Shown piece by piece: positions 7,300-16,528 of a DNA stretch of 58,747 nt. Under the pieces are notes generated by a model. It was not told the origin of the DNA, searched no databases, and saw nothing but the letters and a program-made list of their open reading frames with translations. The DNA lies in the IMG/VR virus record IMGVR_UViG_3300048839_000819, positions 1-58,747 of that record, one strand, 5' to 3'. Every line of letters starts with the position of its first letter. Within the stretch, counting starts at the first letter, position 1. Position numbers and translations under genes: made by a program. This stretch comes from a virus (Duplodnaviria > Caudoviricetes).

Positions 7300-8250
7300 A
7301 TGAATCGTAGAATCATCAAGAAGGTACTGAACAAAAAACATAAAGACTTCTGTGCATCAATTAAAGATGAAAAAGTTAGAGATCTTGTTGAGAAAAATTC
7401 TTTCATAACAGGGGGTAGTATTGTCTCTATGCTGCTCAACGAGCCAATATCAGACTTTGATTATTACTTCACAGATTTTGAGACAGTTAAAGCAGTTGCA
7501 GAATATTATGTTCATGAATTTATAGAACTAAAGTCGCAAAGAAACGATCCTTGCAAGATTGAGCCAGAAGTTTTGTATGAAACCAAAGACAATCAAAATA
7601 GAGTAAAAATTGGGATTAGATCCGTTGGTATTGCTGCAATTGGAGCTGATGATTCTGATTATGAATATTTTGAGCAAGGCCCAGAATCAAAGGGTATGGA
7701 CTTTGTTGAAAAGCAGATGGATGCTTTAAATGATATGACAGATTCTGTAGAGGATGATTGAAAAGTTCCAGATTATTCTCCTGTGTTTATGTCAGACAAC
7801 GCTATTACCTTATCTAGTAAAGTTCAGCTTGTCATTAGATTTTATGGTTCTCCAGAGGAAGTTCATAAGAACTATGATTTCACGCATTGTACTTGCTATT
7901 GGGTCGCCAAAGACGATGAATTGGTACTACCCCCAGAAGCATTAGAAAGTATTCTTACCAAAAATATTTGGTATCAGGGATCTCTATACCCTCTTTGTTC
8001 TATTATAAGAACAAGGAAATTTATCCAAAGAGGATGGCACATTAATGCTGGACAGTATTTGAAAATGTGCTTTCAGCTCTCTGAGCTGGATCTGTCCAAT
8101 TTAGAGGTTTTGCAAGAGCAGCTTACCGGCGTAGACGCCGCTTATTTTATTGAAGTCATTGATAAGTGTAAAAATAAATTAGCAGCAGAACCAGATTTCA
8201 AGGTCACTATGCCATACCTGTGTACCATCGTTGATAAAATTTTTGGATAA
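7300..8250 (+). pseudogene. Pol-beta-superfamily nucleotidyltransferase-like phage protein interrupted by one in-frame TGA (7759-7761)
   Basis: FITGGSIVS...SDFDYYF (GG...DxD); second half SDNAITLS...YDFTHC...RKFIQRGW; both halves are in the same frame. Confidence 0.7.
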
Positions 8251-8261
8251 AGGAAAAATAA

Positions 8262-8861
8262 ATGAATTTCAAATTAACTGACAAAGAATATACAGATTTT
8301 TTCTATGAGGCACTTGAATCAGTGACTAAATTTCACTTCGCCTTTGATCTGGCCATCGGCCAGGATATAGGCTTTGAGCTATATTGTTTGCGGTCTTCAT
8401 TGATTAATGAAGAGAAGGCAGAGTTTGATGCTGCTATGTCTAAAGGATCAAAGATAGACATACTGGATGCTTTGTGTGATCTATTGTATGTTCTTGATGG
8501 CGCTTTTGTCAGTAGCAAAGCCAGTAAATATTCGCCTTATATACTAAAGTGGAAAGGTTATTTTGAAGAGCATGGCAGCAAAGATTGTGTCTTTTCTCTA
8601 CAGGATAATTTATGCTCATTCTTGGATGAGCTATTAACCCCAGAAAAATCCTTTGATCTTTTTGAGAGTCTATGCACTTGTTATTCTATCATCATGAATA
8701 CAGCAACAAGGTTTGAGCTTCCAATGGTAGAAGGTTTTAGGCTTGTACATCAAAATAATATGTCAAAATTAGGGGAAGACGGAAAACCAGTAAGAAACGA
8801 TTACGGAAAGATCATCAAGCCATCAGGCTATAAGCCTGTAGACTTGAGTGTTTTGTTCTAA
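8262..8861 (+). CDS. MazG-like / PRA-PH family NTP pyrophosphohydrolase
   Basis: LINEEKAE...DALCDLLYV...VHQNNMSK...GKIIKP. Confidence 0.85.
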   Translation: MNFKLTDKEYTDFFYEALESVTKFHFAFDLAIGQDIGFELYCLRSSLINEEKAEFDAAMSKGSKIDILDALCDLLYVLDGAFVSSKASKYSPYILKWKGYFEEHGSKDCVFSLQDNLCSFLDELLTPEKSFDLFESLCTCYSIIMNTATRFELPMVEGFRLVHQNNMSKLGEDGKPVRNDYGKIIKPSGYKPVDLSVLF

Positions 8862-8878
8862 GAAGAAAGGATTAAACA

Positions 8879-9202
8879 ATGCATACACAAGATATTGAAT
8901 CGTTTTTGATAAAGGATGGATGGGAGTATATCGAAGATCCATTTGAAAAGGAATCTAAACCCTATTACAAATTCTTTGATACCCCAACAAAATGTAAGCA
9001 CAACCATGACAAGCCTGGAGTTAAGATTTGTATTAAGTTATGTGGAAATATATATCAAATGCACCTAGGAGGACAGCTTCAAGACGGTACTTGGATAAAG
9101 CTGTTTCACTGGGTAATACCATTAAATCTTGAAGAGGGTTTGCAACTAATTCCAAGGCTGCTTGCAACGTGGGAGTTTGTTGCAAATTATAAGGAGAGTT
9201 AG
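8879..9202 (+). CDS. hypothetical protein
   Basis: RBS AAGGA. Confidence 0.65.
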   Translation: MHTQDIESFLIKDGWEYIEDPFEKESKPYYKFFDTPTKCKHNHDKPGVKICIKLCGNIYQMHLGGQLQDGTWIKLFHWVIPLNLEEGLQLIPRLLATWEFVANYKES

Positions 9203-9204
9203 AC

Positions 9205-9375
9205 ATGCCAGATATTAGTATGTGCAGGAATAAAGAGTGTCCTCTTAGAAGTAAGTGCTACAGATTTTTAGCTACGCCGTCTTTTTGGCAAGCATACATT
9301 GATGCAAAACCAATCACCAAGGAGGATGGTACTGTGGTGTGTGAGCATTTCTACAAAGCTGATATTAGTAAGTAA
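9205..9375 (+). CDS. 56-aa Cys-rich phage protein (not in ORF track)
   Basis: RBS AAGGAG; MPDISMCRNKECPLRSKCYRF...CEHF. Confidence 0.7.
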   Translation: MPDISMCRNKECPLRSKCYRFLATPSFWQAYIDAKPITKEDGTVVCEHFYKADISK

Positions 9376-9387
9376 AGGATTTGCATA

Positions 9388-9981
9388 ATGAAAGAAGAAA
9401 AGAAAATATTTTATGACACCGCTGAAGCAGCACAGTATAAAGAAATCACCCTAAAAGGGTGGTGGTCAGGATCAAGTACCTACCACAAAAAATCTGTGTT
9501 CTGGGGAGAAGATGAGCATATGGCGCGATGGGATGGGTGCACCCATCTCAAGTGTGCGTGCGGTAAAGAACATTCCAAACATTACACTTGCTGTGATGAT
9601 TGTCGAAAGGTGCATACAAGAGAAAGATATGAAAAACTTCAATTAGTTGAGTGGGATGGTGTAACACCAATAACCACGTTCGACGACGATAAATATTTTT
9701 TCAGTGAGGATGATTTACTTGATTACATTTACAACGAAAATGTAGATCAAGAGGATCTTATGCTGGTTTTGTGCAAACCAAATTATGCTGAAAATCTAGA
9801 AATAGATAGATGGGAAGATGATCTTCCAGAAGATTCTGAGGGACCAGATTGGTTGATTGAGGCTATTGATGCCTTTAATAAAGCAATCAAAGATAAGGGG
9901 CCTTTGTCTTGGGGAGCAAGTAATAAGCGGATAAACTATAAGCTGCCTGATAATTTTAAATATGAGGATGAAGAAGGATAA
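9388..9981 (+). CDS. conserved hypothetical phage protein with zinc-binding motif
   Basis: EHMARWDGCTHLKCACG...CDDC. Confidence 0.75.
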   Translation: MKEEKKIFYDTAEAAQYKEITLKGWWSGSSTYHKKSVFWGEDEHMARWDGCTHLKCACGKEHSKHYTCCDDCRKVHTRERYEKLQLVEWDGVTPITTFDDDKYFFSEDDLLDYIYNENVDQEDLMLVLCKPNYAENLEIDRWEDDLPEDSEGPDWLIEAIDAFNKAIKDKGPLSWGASNKRINYKLPDNFKYEDEEG

Positions 9982-10007
9982 TTAATAAAAGTTTGGGAAA
10001 TTTGAAA

Positions 10008-10094
10008 GGCTCAGTGTCGGAATTAGCTTACGAGAGAGATTTAAAATCTCTTGCCCTTAAACAGGGCGTGTGGGTGCAAGTCCCACCTGAGCCA
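10008..10094 (+). tRNA. trnL: tRNA-Leu (anticodon UAA), CCA not encoded
   Basis: Acceptor stem ggctcag/ctgagcc + discriminator A; anticodon arm agaga-tttaaaa-tctct; long variable arm; T arm gtggg-tgcaagt-cccac. Confidence 0.9.
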
Positions 10095-10116
10095 TTATTT
10101 TAGAAAGGTTTTAAAA

Positions 10117-10670
10117 ATGATTTCTACAAAAGGAAACACTCGTCAGCAGTATTTTTTCACTGCTGACGAGCACTGAATTATGGGCATTCAGGGATCATCG
10201 AGTACTGTAATCGTCCATTCTCCTCTATAGAGGAAATGGACGAGGAAATAATTAGACGACACAATGAGGTTGTTACTTACAGAGACACCGTTGTTCATGT
10301 TGGAGATTTTACACTAAAGAAGAGTAAAAGAACAGCCGGGGATTATGTTAAAAGATTATGTGGAAATCATATATTCCTAAAAGGATCTCATGACTACTGG
10401 TTGGGTAAAAACCACCCTTTACAGATTTGGGAAAAACAAATAGGAGATGTTTATATTGTAGCGTGCCACTATGCGATGCGTACATGGGCAAGATCACATT
10501 ACAATTCATGGCAACTTTTTGGACATTCACATGGAAAATTACGCCCAATTGGAAAATCTTGGGATATTGGAGTTGACAACAACAACTTCTATCCAGTATG
10601 CTTTGATGAGCTTGTGGAAATAATGGAAACTAGGGAAGATAATTTTAATCTGGTCAAGAAGGGATACTAA
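10117..10670 (+). pseudogene. calcineurin-like metallophosphoesterase with frame break after DEH (5 extra nt, 10174-10178)
   Basis: YFFTADEH-TGA in the start frame; YGHSGII..NRPF..VGDF..GSHD..CHYA..FGHSH..DIGVD in another frame. Confidence 0.75.
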
Positions 10671-10671
10671 A

Positions 10672-11136
10672 ATGCAATTTTACATCATTCACCCAGATCC
10701 AGAAACGTCTGCTAGAAATCTCCCAGATTATGCTTTAAAGCGAGTCAACATCCGAGAGGGTTATCAAATACTGTCGGACATAGGCCATATTCTTGGTATA
10801 CACTGGGAAGGGCAAAACAAGCTCTATTCTGCAAGTCATGCCTTGACTAGGCATTTTTGCAGTGATCCTAACATTCTCAAGGAGTTTTTACGTAATTACA
10901 CTCAATGTTGTATGGAGTATGAAAGAAGATACAAAAAAAGTCATAAGTACATTGACTTATTTTATAGCAACTACGATTATATTTTGACCTTGCCAAGATT
11001 ATGTTATAAGTCCAAATACGAAAGCACTTTGAAATATTTGCTAGAAGAAAAAACCAGTAAACTGAGTGAAGTAGATAAATTAACACTAAATAAATTTCTG
11101 GAAGTAAAAAATGATACTGCTAAGACAAAGTCATGA
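10672..11136 (+). CDS. pyrimidine-dimer DNA glycosylase / endonuclease V-like protein
   Basis: MQFY...DPETSARNLPD...KRVNIREGYQIL...H pattern of the DenV-like family. Confidence 0.6.
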   Translation: MQFYIIHPDPETSARNLPDYALKRVNIREGYQILSDIGHILGIHWEGQNKLYSASHALTRHFCSDPNILKEFLRNYTQCCMEYERRYKKSHKYIDLFYSNYDYILTLPRLCYKSKYESTLKYLLEEKTSKLSEVDKLTLNKFLEVKNDTAKTKS

Positions 11137-11782
11137 AATTCTGGACATCACAAACGAGCCTACAAGGCTCATTGAGAGAGCAGCTAGAACATGTTATAAA
11201 AGTGAGCATCTCATATGCGAAGGATCAGATTTAGATTTAATAAAGAAATTAATTAAAAGAGGCCATGAGGCAATGCTTGAATTTGCCAACATGACCGTTG
11301 AATTTGTTACAGACAGGGCCATATCGAATGAGCTCACCAGACACAGAATTTGCTCGTTTGCCCAAAGCAGTACTCGCTATATAAAGTACTCGGACCATGT
11401 GCCTTTCATAATTCCAGAGGAATATGAGGCTATATTGGCAGGCATTTATGGTCCTTTTGATGAGTTTTTTTACCAGAAATTTGATTATCTATCCTCAGAT
11501 GAACATCTATATTTATGGAATTATAAACAACTTGAAGACATTTACACATCTGCTCTGAAAATGGGTTATTCAGCCCAACGGGCTAGAGATGCCTTACCTT
11601 TGAGTACGGCCACCACTTTGGTTGCCTCTGCCAACTTTAGAGAATGGAGACACATTTTTAAATTAAGATGTAGTAAAAAAGCCCATCCAAGAATGAGGGC
11701 TTTGATGATTCCTTTGGTCAAGGAATGTCAGGAAAAAATTCCTTTGATTTTTGACGACATTAAGGTAGACTGTACAACATGA
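11111..11782 (+). CDS. thyX: FAD-dependent thymidylate synthase
   Basis: RHRICSFAQSSTRY signature; IERAARTCYKS; GHEAMLE; NFREWRHIFKLRC...AHPRMR. Confidence 0.95.
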   Translation: MILLRQSHEILDITNEPTRLIERAARTCYKSEHLICEGSDLDLIKKLIKRGHEAMLEFANMTVEFVTDRAISNELTRHRICSFAQSSTRYIKYSDHVPFIIPEEYEAILAGIYGPFDEFFYQKFDYLSSDEHLYLWNYKQLEDIYTSALKMGYSAQRARDALPLSTATTLVASANFREWRHIFKLRCSKKAHPRMRALMIPLVKECQEKIPLIFDDIKVDCTT

Positions 11783-11946
11783 GTGAAAAATGCACAGAAT
11801 GTGGACTAAAAAAGCCTGACCATCGTTGCACAAAGTGCAGAGCATGGTACTGCAAAAGCTGTTGTGTTGGTCTTTCTGGCATTTGCATTTGCGCTCCAAG
11901 CACTATAGTTTCTTTGAGTGAGTACAGAAAAACCAGAAAAAAGTAA
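11779..11946 (+). CDS. 55-aa zinc-finger protein (not in ORF track)
   Basis: ATGA overlap with thyX; MSEKCTECG...RCTKCRAWYCKSCC...CIC. Confidence 0.65.
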   Translation: MSEKCTECGLKKPDHRCTKCRAWYCKSCCVGLSGICICAPSTIVSLSEYRKTRKK

Positions 11947-11956
11947 AGAGGTTGAA

Positions 11957-12616
11957 ATGGAAGAACGGGATATCCCAAAATTTGAGGATTTAAAAGACAG
12001 ACAAAATTTTATTTTTAGTGATAAAAAACCTTTTAAGGAGTCTTCAGAGAATACCACCTTAAAAGGTATGTCAGAAAAAGAGGCTGAGACCATTTTAGAG
12101 AGTTTTAGGGGGGACTATGATGATCCCCCCTGTCAGAGCCCTAGTATAAAAGACAAAAGTAACAAAGAGAAAACTAACAAGATGGTTAAAGAAGCCGTAT
12201 CAAGAGGTTTGAATTCACTTTTAACTGTTTTGGATGCAGATGGTGCCAGTAAAACAGTTGGTGATAGTACAATATCCAAGGAAAAGCTGTGCGGCCAAGA
12301 ATACATTGGAACTCTCAAGGTAGAGCCTAAAGAGAGCTTCCCTGGAGGAGCCACCAGAAGCGATTCTAGGGGCAAAGGCAGGTTTGACCTCATACCCTAT
12401 GGGCCTCTCAAAAGATTGGCTCTACGGTATGAATATGGGGCTGTACAGCACGGTGACAATAACTGGAGGAAGGGTCAGCCCAAATCACGCATATTTGCTG
12501 CTATGATCAGACATGCGTACCAGTGGCTTGCTGGGTATAGGGATGAAGACCATTTAGCCGCTGTTGCTTGGAATGTTTTTGCTTTGATGTATTTTGAGGA
12601 AAAAGATAATGATTGA
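11957..12616 (+). CDS. dATP/dGTP diphosphohydrolase-domain protein (DUF5664-like) with N-terminal extension
   Basis: GATRSDSRGKGRFDLIP...YGAVQHGDNNWRKG...RH...EDHLAAVAWN; start moved to ATG 11957 (RBS GAGG). Confidence 0.85.
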   Translation: MEERDIPKFEDLKDRQNFIFSDKKPFKESSENTTLKGMSEKEAETILESFRGDYDDPPCQSPSIKDKSNKEKTNKMVKEAVSRGLNSLLTVLDADGASKTVGDSTISKEKLCGQEYIGTLKVEPKESFPGGATRSDSRGKGRFDLIPYGPLKRLALRYEYGAVQHGDNNWRKGQPKSRIFAAMIRHAYQWLAGYRDEDHLAAVAWNVFALMYFEEKDND

Positions 12617-13004
12617 TCATATTGGACCAAGTAGAATACCTTTCACAGAACAATTAACCTCAGATGATGTTAAGCTTGTTCCTTTAGAATTAAGAGAAAC
12701 AACCATAGATGGTGGTGTACAAACTGCTGTATCTGCAATGCCTACGGCATTACCTACTATGGCTTTAGATTTGATTTCTAAAGTTATGGCCGAAGGCATG
12801 GAAAAATACCCCAGACATGAGGATGGAACTTTAAACTGGTACAAAATTTCCAGCATGTCAAACTTTGACCACTCTATCTCACACTTTTTTAATTTTATAA
12901 CTAAAATAAATAATCCTGGAATAGAAATAAATGAGCTCGAAGAGCTCAGTCATTTTGTGGCTAGAGCCTTAATGGGTCTAGAGCAATATTTGAGGGGAAA
13001 ATAA
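12609..13004 (+). CDS. second DUF5664-like protein
   Basis: GGVQT...VMAEGMEKY...NWYKI...DHSISH...LSHFVARALM. Confidence 0.7.
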   Translation: MIDHIGPSRIPFTEQLTSDDVKLVPLELRETTIDGGVQTAVSAMPTALPTMALDLISKVMAEGMEKYPRHEDGTLNWYKISSMSNFDHSISHFFNFITKINNPGIEINELEELSHFVARALMGLEQYLRGK

Positions 13005-13276
13005 TGAATGATTTACAAGAAGAACACGAAGATAGTTTTATTTCATACACTCTACACATTAATGGTGTAGATATTCCTTTAACCAAAGATAAGTTAGAAA
13101 ATTTATATAAAGAATTAAAAAATATATTTGAAAAAGATACTATTTATTATCCAATTACATCACCATATTATCCTGTAACACCTGTACCATATCTAGATCC
13201 AACCTATATTAGTGATCCGGTCCCGCAGGGACCAATTATCACCTGTCAAAATAATGACTCCCCACCTTCTTCTTAG
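13004..13276 (+). CDS. hypothetical protein with Pro/Tyr-rich tail
   Basis: TAATG overlap. Confidence 0.65.
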   Translation: MNDLQEEHEDSFISYTLHINGVDIPLTKDKLENLYKELKNIFEKDTIYYPITSPYYPVTPVPYLDPTYISDPVPQGPIITCQNNDSPPSS

Positions 13277-13287
13277 AAAGAGTTTTT

Positions 13288-13839
13288 ATGAGAGATTTAT
13301 GTTTCCTTGATATGGATGGTGTGCTAGTCAATTTCATTGACGCTGCACACAAATTACACAATCAAAGAACATTACTCCCTGATTGGCCATATGAAAAGGG
13401 AGAAAAGAGCTTTGATGTAACCGAACGACTGGGCATATCTGTCTCTGACTTCTTTGCCCCTATGGGATTTTCCTTTTGGAAAAATCTCGAATGGTTTGAT
13501 TTTGGAGACTCCCCCCTCTTTAATGGCAAGCTTCTTCTTGAATCTTGTGAATCTTTGTATGGTGTTGAGAACATTTGCATCTTGACATCACCATGCTTAA
13601 CCCCTGGTTGTGTTGAGGGCAAACGTGCTTGGATAGACAAGCATATGCCCAAATACAAAAAGCAGGTTTTGTTTGGATCAGCCAAACATTACTGCGCTCA
13701 TAAAAACGCTATACTATATGATGACAAAGAATCTAATGTAAGTAAATTCAAGGGGTGGGGCGGTAAGGCATCGTTGATGCCTAGGCCCTGGAATAGTAAT
13801 TTCAAAGTGTGGGATGAAAAACTATGCCCGACAAAATAA
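13288..13839 (+). CDS. 5'(3')-deoxyribonucleotidase (HAD superfamily)
   Basis: FLDMDGVLVNF, ILTSP, GKRAWI, LYDD. Confidence 0.88.
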   Translation: MRDLCFLDMDGVLVNFIDAAHKLHNQRTLLPDWPYEKGEKSFDVTERLGISVSDFFAPMGFSFWKNLEWFDFGDSPLFNGKLLLESCESLYGVENICILTSPCLTPGCVEGKRAWIDKHMPKYKKQVLFGSAKHYCAHKNAILYDDKESNVSKFKGWGGKASLMPRPWNSNFKVWDEKLCPTK

Positions 13840-14099
13840 ATAGCATGTTTTTCATAGTATCAGGTTGCTTAATTTGGCTAAATGTTATAAAACTGTACAA
13901 AGACAAGCACGTTCTTGGCGTTAATTTGTTGGCAGTTATGCCCATAGTTTTATGGGGATTTTGGAATATTTATTATTTACAATATCTAAATCAGACCTTT
14001 AGCTTCTGGGCTAATATCAATGTTTTAGTTCCAAACACTATTTGGTTTTGTCAACTAGTTTATTACAGAAAGAGGTACAAAAATGGAAATTTTGATTAA
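13824..14099 (+). CDS. small 3-helix membrane protein, PQ-loop/SemiSWEET-like
   Basis: Three hydrophobic segments; NVIKLYKDKHVLGVN...WGFWNIYY pattern. Confidence 0.6.
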   Translation: MPDKINSMFFIVSGCLIWLNVIKLYKDKHVLGVNLLAVMPIVLWGFWNIYYLQYLNQTFSFWANINVLVPNTIWFCQLVYYRKRYKNGNFD

Positions 14100-14355
14100 C
14101 AAAAAGTATAGACTCACCTCAGATTCATACAACTACATGCTAGAGAAATCTTTCACAGCAGGTGATAAATCCAAGAAGGCGGGTGAGATAGGATGGAAGA
14201 CCATTGGGTATTATTCCACTATCAGCGCAGCCCTGAAAGGGCTATTGGATAAGGTGTGTAAAAGCTCAAAGGCAAAGTCTATTGAGGATTTAGAGAGGCT
14301 AGTTTCAAGCGTTAAGTCTGATATTGATAAAGTGTTGTCTTCAAAAGGTTTATAA
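14083..14355 (+). CDS. DUF5405-like phage protein
   Basis: INKKYRLTSDSYNYML...WKTIGYYSTI. Confidence 0.7.
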   Translation: MEILINKKYRLTSDSYNYMLEKSFTAGDKSKKAGEIGWKTIGYYSTISAALKGLLDKVCKSSKAKSIEDLERLVSSVKSDIDKVLSSKGL

Positions 14356-14362
14356 AAATTTA

Positions 14363-14683
14363 ATGAAACCAAAAACCATCTATGATCCAACCTTTAAGGT
14401 GACTTTTAGGATTTGCTATGGCTGGTCAGAAAAGGACTTTAAAGCTGCTTTAAAGAAACATGGGTACAAGGATGAGGATGAGCTTTATGAGGGCAAAGCC
14501 ATTATTTTTGATAGAATGATTTGGATATGGACAAGAAGGCGTAGCCTTCCTGAGTACGTTCATGAGATAGTTCATGCAGTGATTTTCATACTGATAGACA
14601 GGGGGATAACTTTATCAGATGATTCAGATGAACTGTTTGCGTATCTCGTAGAGATGCTTTTTAGAGAAGGCAGGAAGAAATAA
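14363..14683 (+). CDS. HExxH metallopeptidase-like phage protein
   Basis: HEIVH...ELFAYL. Confidence 0.65.
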   Translation: MKPKTIYDPTFKVTFRICYGWSEKDFKAALKKHGYKDEDELYEGKAIIFDRMIWIWTRRRSLPEYVHEIVHAVIFILIDRGITLSDDSDELFAYLVEMLFREGRKK

Positions 14684-14702
14684 CAATAGAAGGTACAATA
14701 TT

Positions 14703-14900
14703 ATGCTTAGTTATGAACACGATATTAAAGATTCATTTTATGAACTTTCTGATGATGAAAAAGATATTGTAATGCAAGTAGCTGCAAATTTCCATTATCG
14801 GAACGGGGTCAAGCACCCCGATGGTAGTCTAGGAGAGATTAGAATCACTAATCGTCAGCTTACCGACTGTTTTGCATATATGTTTATTATGAAATCTTGA
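14703..14900 (+). CDS. hypothetical protein
   Basis: Last ORF of the rightward block. Confidence 0.6.
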   Translation: MLSYEHDIKDSFYELSDDEKDIVMQVAANFHYRNGVKHPDGSLGEIRITNRQLTDCFAYMFIMKS

Positions 14901-14928
14901 CAAAAATAAAACTAATCGTCATAGTTCA

Positions 14929-14961
14929 AGGGCACCACTCGTTGTGGTGCCCTACTTTTTT
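14929..14961 (+). terminator. intrinsic terminator at the convergence point
   Basis: agggcaccac/gtggtgccct 10-bp stem followed by a T tract. Confidence 0.8.
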
Positions 14962-14965
14962 GATT

Positions 14966-15547
14966 TTAAGTCTTAACTAGTCTTCTAAACTCTCTTGACG
15001 CCTGATGATGTGTAATGATAGGATTCTTTACACTTTTCATACTGTCAAAAATTTGACAATATTGCTCTGGTAGTCTGAAATACTTACCCTCTACAACTTT
15101 TTCAAGATGTTTTTGATCCCATATCTTGGGAAATTTTTGACATTCATCTTTCCATTTGTTTAGAATATCCAACACAAATTCATTGTTTTTGAAAAACAGT
15201 GTACCACTTAGCATTTCAAAGTTGTTTGTTTTTCCGTAATATTTCTTCCAGCTAAACTCAAAAGCCGCTATATCACAGTCTAGAATAGTAAACAAGCCTG
15301 GATAGGCATTTAAGGAAGCATCACAATCAACCCATACAATGTTGTAATCCGGAAACTTCTTACACATTTTTATGATAAATGATGGCTTGTAGCTGGTATT
15401 TAACTCCCAGCTACCTAAAGATTTTATTCCCTCAACATGAAAATTTACTTTGTGTTTTTTTAGTGACTTTATTAAGCCAGAGGCATACTTTTCATACAAA
15501 GAATCCTTTGTGTAGTAACTTACCAGTATCCAAGGTGTTAGGATCAT
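14966..15547 (-). CDS. GT-A glycosyltransferase (nucleotide-diphospho-sugar transferase)
   Basis: YKPSFI...VWVDCDA (DxD), SGTLFF, WDQ, IITHHQASR. Confidence 0.8.
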   Translation of the reverse strand: MILTPWILVSYYTKDSLYEKYASGLIKSLKKHKVNFHVEGIKSLGSWELNTSYKPSFIIKMCKKFPDYNIVWVDCDASLNAYPGLFTILDCDIAAFEFSWKKYYGKTNNFEMLSGTLFFKNNEFVLDILNKWKDECQKFPKIWDQKHLEKVVEGKYFRLPEQYCQIFDSMKSVKNPIITHHQASREFRRLVKT

Positions 15548-16518
15548 ATTTTGCGAAGCCAGTACTGAAGGAGATCTTTCAAAGTGTCTTCAATATCAAT
15601 TGATGCTTCCCATCCTGTATCTTTTTTCAATTTAGAAGAATCACCTATCTGAACAGCTATGTCTATGGGTCTATAAAATGGAGCATAGATTTGCTGAACT
15701 ACATCATCTAATCCGGAATGTTTTATGAGAATATCTGTGAAATGCTGCATTTTATGCACAGTATCACCACAGACATTGTAAACTCCGCTTGCTCTTTTAT
15801 ACATCAAAAGCCTATAAGCATTTACACAGTCCTTAACATCCATGACAACACGTTCTGTTTGAAGGTTTCCAATGTTAAGTATGTTATCTTTAGTCATGCC
15901 TTTCATCATTTTAGCTATTTGAAAAGCATCGGAAGATATAGAGAAGTTTTTACCTCTTCTTGGCCCTGTATGAGAAAACGCTCTTGTTATGAATCCATTC
16001 ATTTTATTATTTTGTATTCTTTCTTGAACATAAAGATCCATTGCAGCTTTGCTAGCACCATAAGGATTGCAGGGTTTTAGATTCAAAGTCTCTTCCAGCA
16101 CCCCTATGTCTTTGCCTTGATCCCCATAAACTTCGGATGTGGAGCAAAAGTGAAAAATACAATCAGATGATTGATGATTTCTCATGGACTCTATTAAGTT
16201 AATAGTTCCCATGACATTAGTTTCATAGGTAGCTTGTGGAAATTTAAAGGATGTTGGTGGGTGACTCTGTGCAGCTAAATGAAAAACACCATCAAAAGTA
16301 TTGTCTTTAAATATTTTGTCTATGCCTAGGGCATCCACAAGATCCGAATATACCCAATTAATTTTAGATAACTCATCCTCAGTCATAATATCTAAAAGGT
16401 CAGTTTCTCTACCATTACTGTGTCTGACTAATCCAAAAACTGTGTGTCCATCTTGCATTAATTGCTGTGCCAAATGTGGTCCAGCAAAACCTGTTATACC
16501 AGTTACTAAAAAATTCAT
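15544..16518 (-). CDS. GDP-mannose 4,6-dehydratase/Rmd-like SDR enzyme
   Basis: LVTGITGFAG, FHLAAQS, STSEVYG, PYGASK (YxxxK), HTGPRRG. Confidence 0.88.
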   Translation of the reverse strand: MNFLVTGITGFAGPHLAQQLMQDGHTVFGLVRHSNGRETDLLDIMTEDELSKINWVYSDLVDALGIDKIFKDNTFDGVFHLAAQSHPPTSFKFPQATYETNVMGTINLIESMRNHQSSDCIFHFCSTSEVYGDQGKDIGVLEETLNLKPCNPYGASKAAMDLYVQERIQNNKMNGFITRAFSHTGPRRGKNFSISSDAFQIAKMMKGMTKDNILNIGNLQTERVVMDVKDCVNAYRLLMYKRASGVYNVCGDTVHKMQHFTDILIKHSGLDDVVQQIYAPFYRPIDIAVQIGDSSKLKKDTGWEASIDIEDTLKDLLQYWLRKI

Positions 16519-16528
16519 AATATTGTCT

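Noticed and set aside
7754-7945. 63-aa ORF overlapping the nucleotidyltransferase break
   Set aside because: Out of frame with the conserved second half and has no recognisable motif; probably a shadow ORF
14897-14925. TTGACA-17-CATAGT promoter just before the convergent terminator
   Set aside because: Weak -10, and the start would fall inside the terminator hairpin; insufficient support
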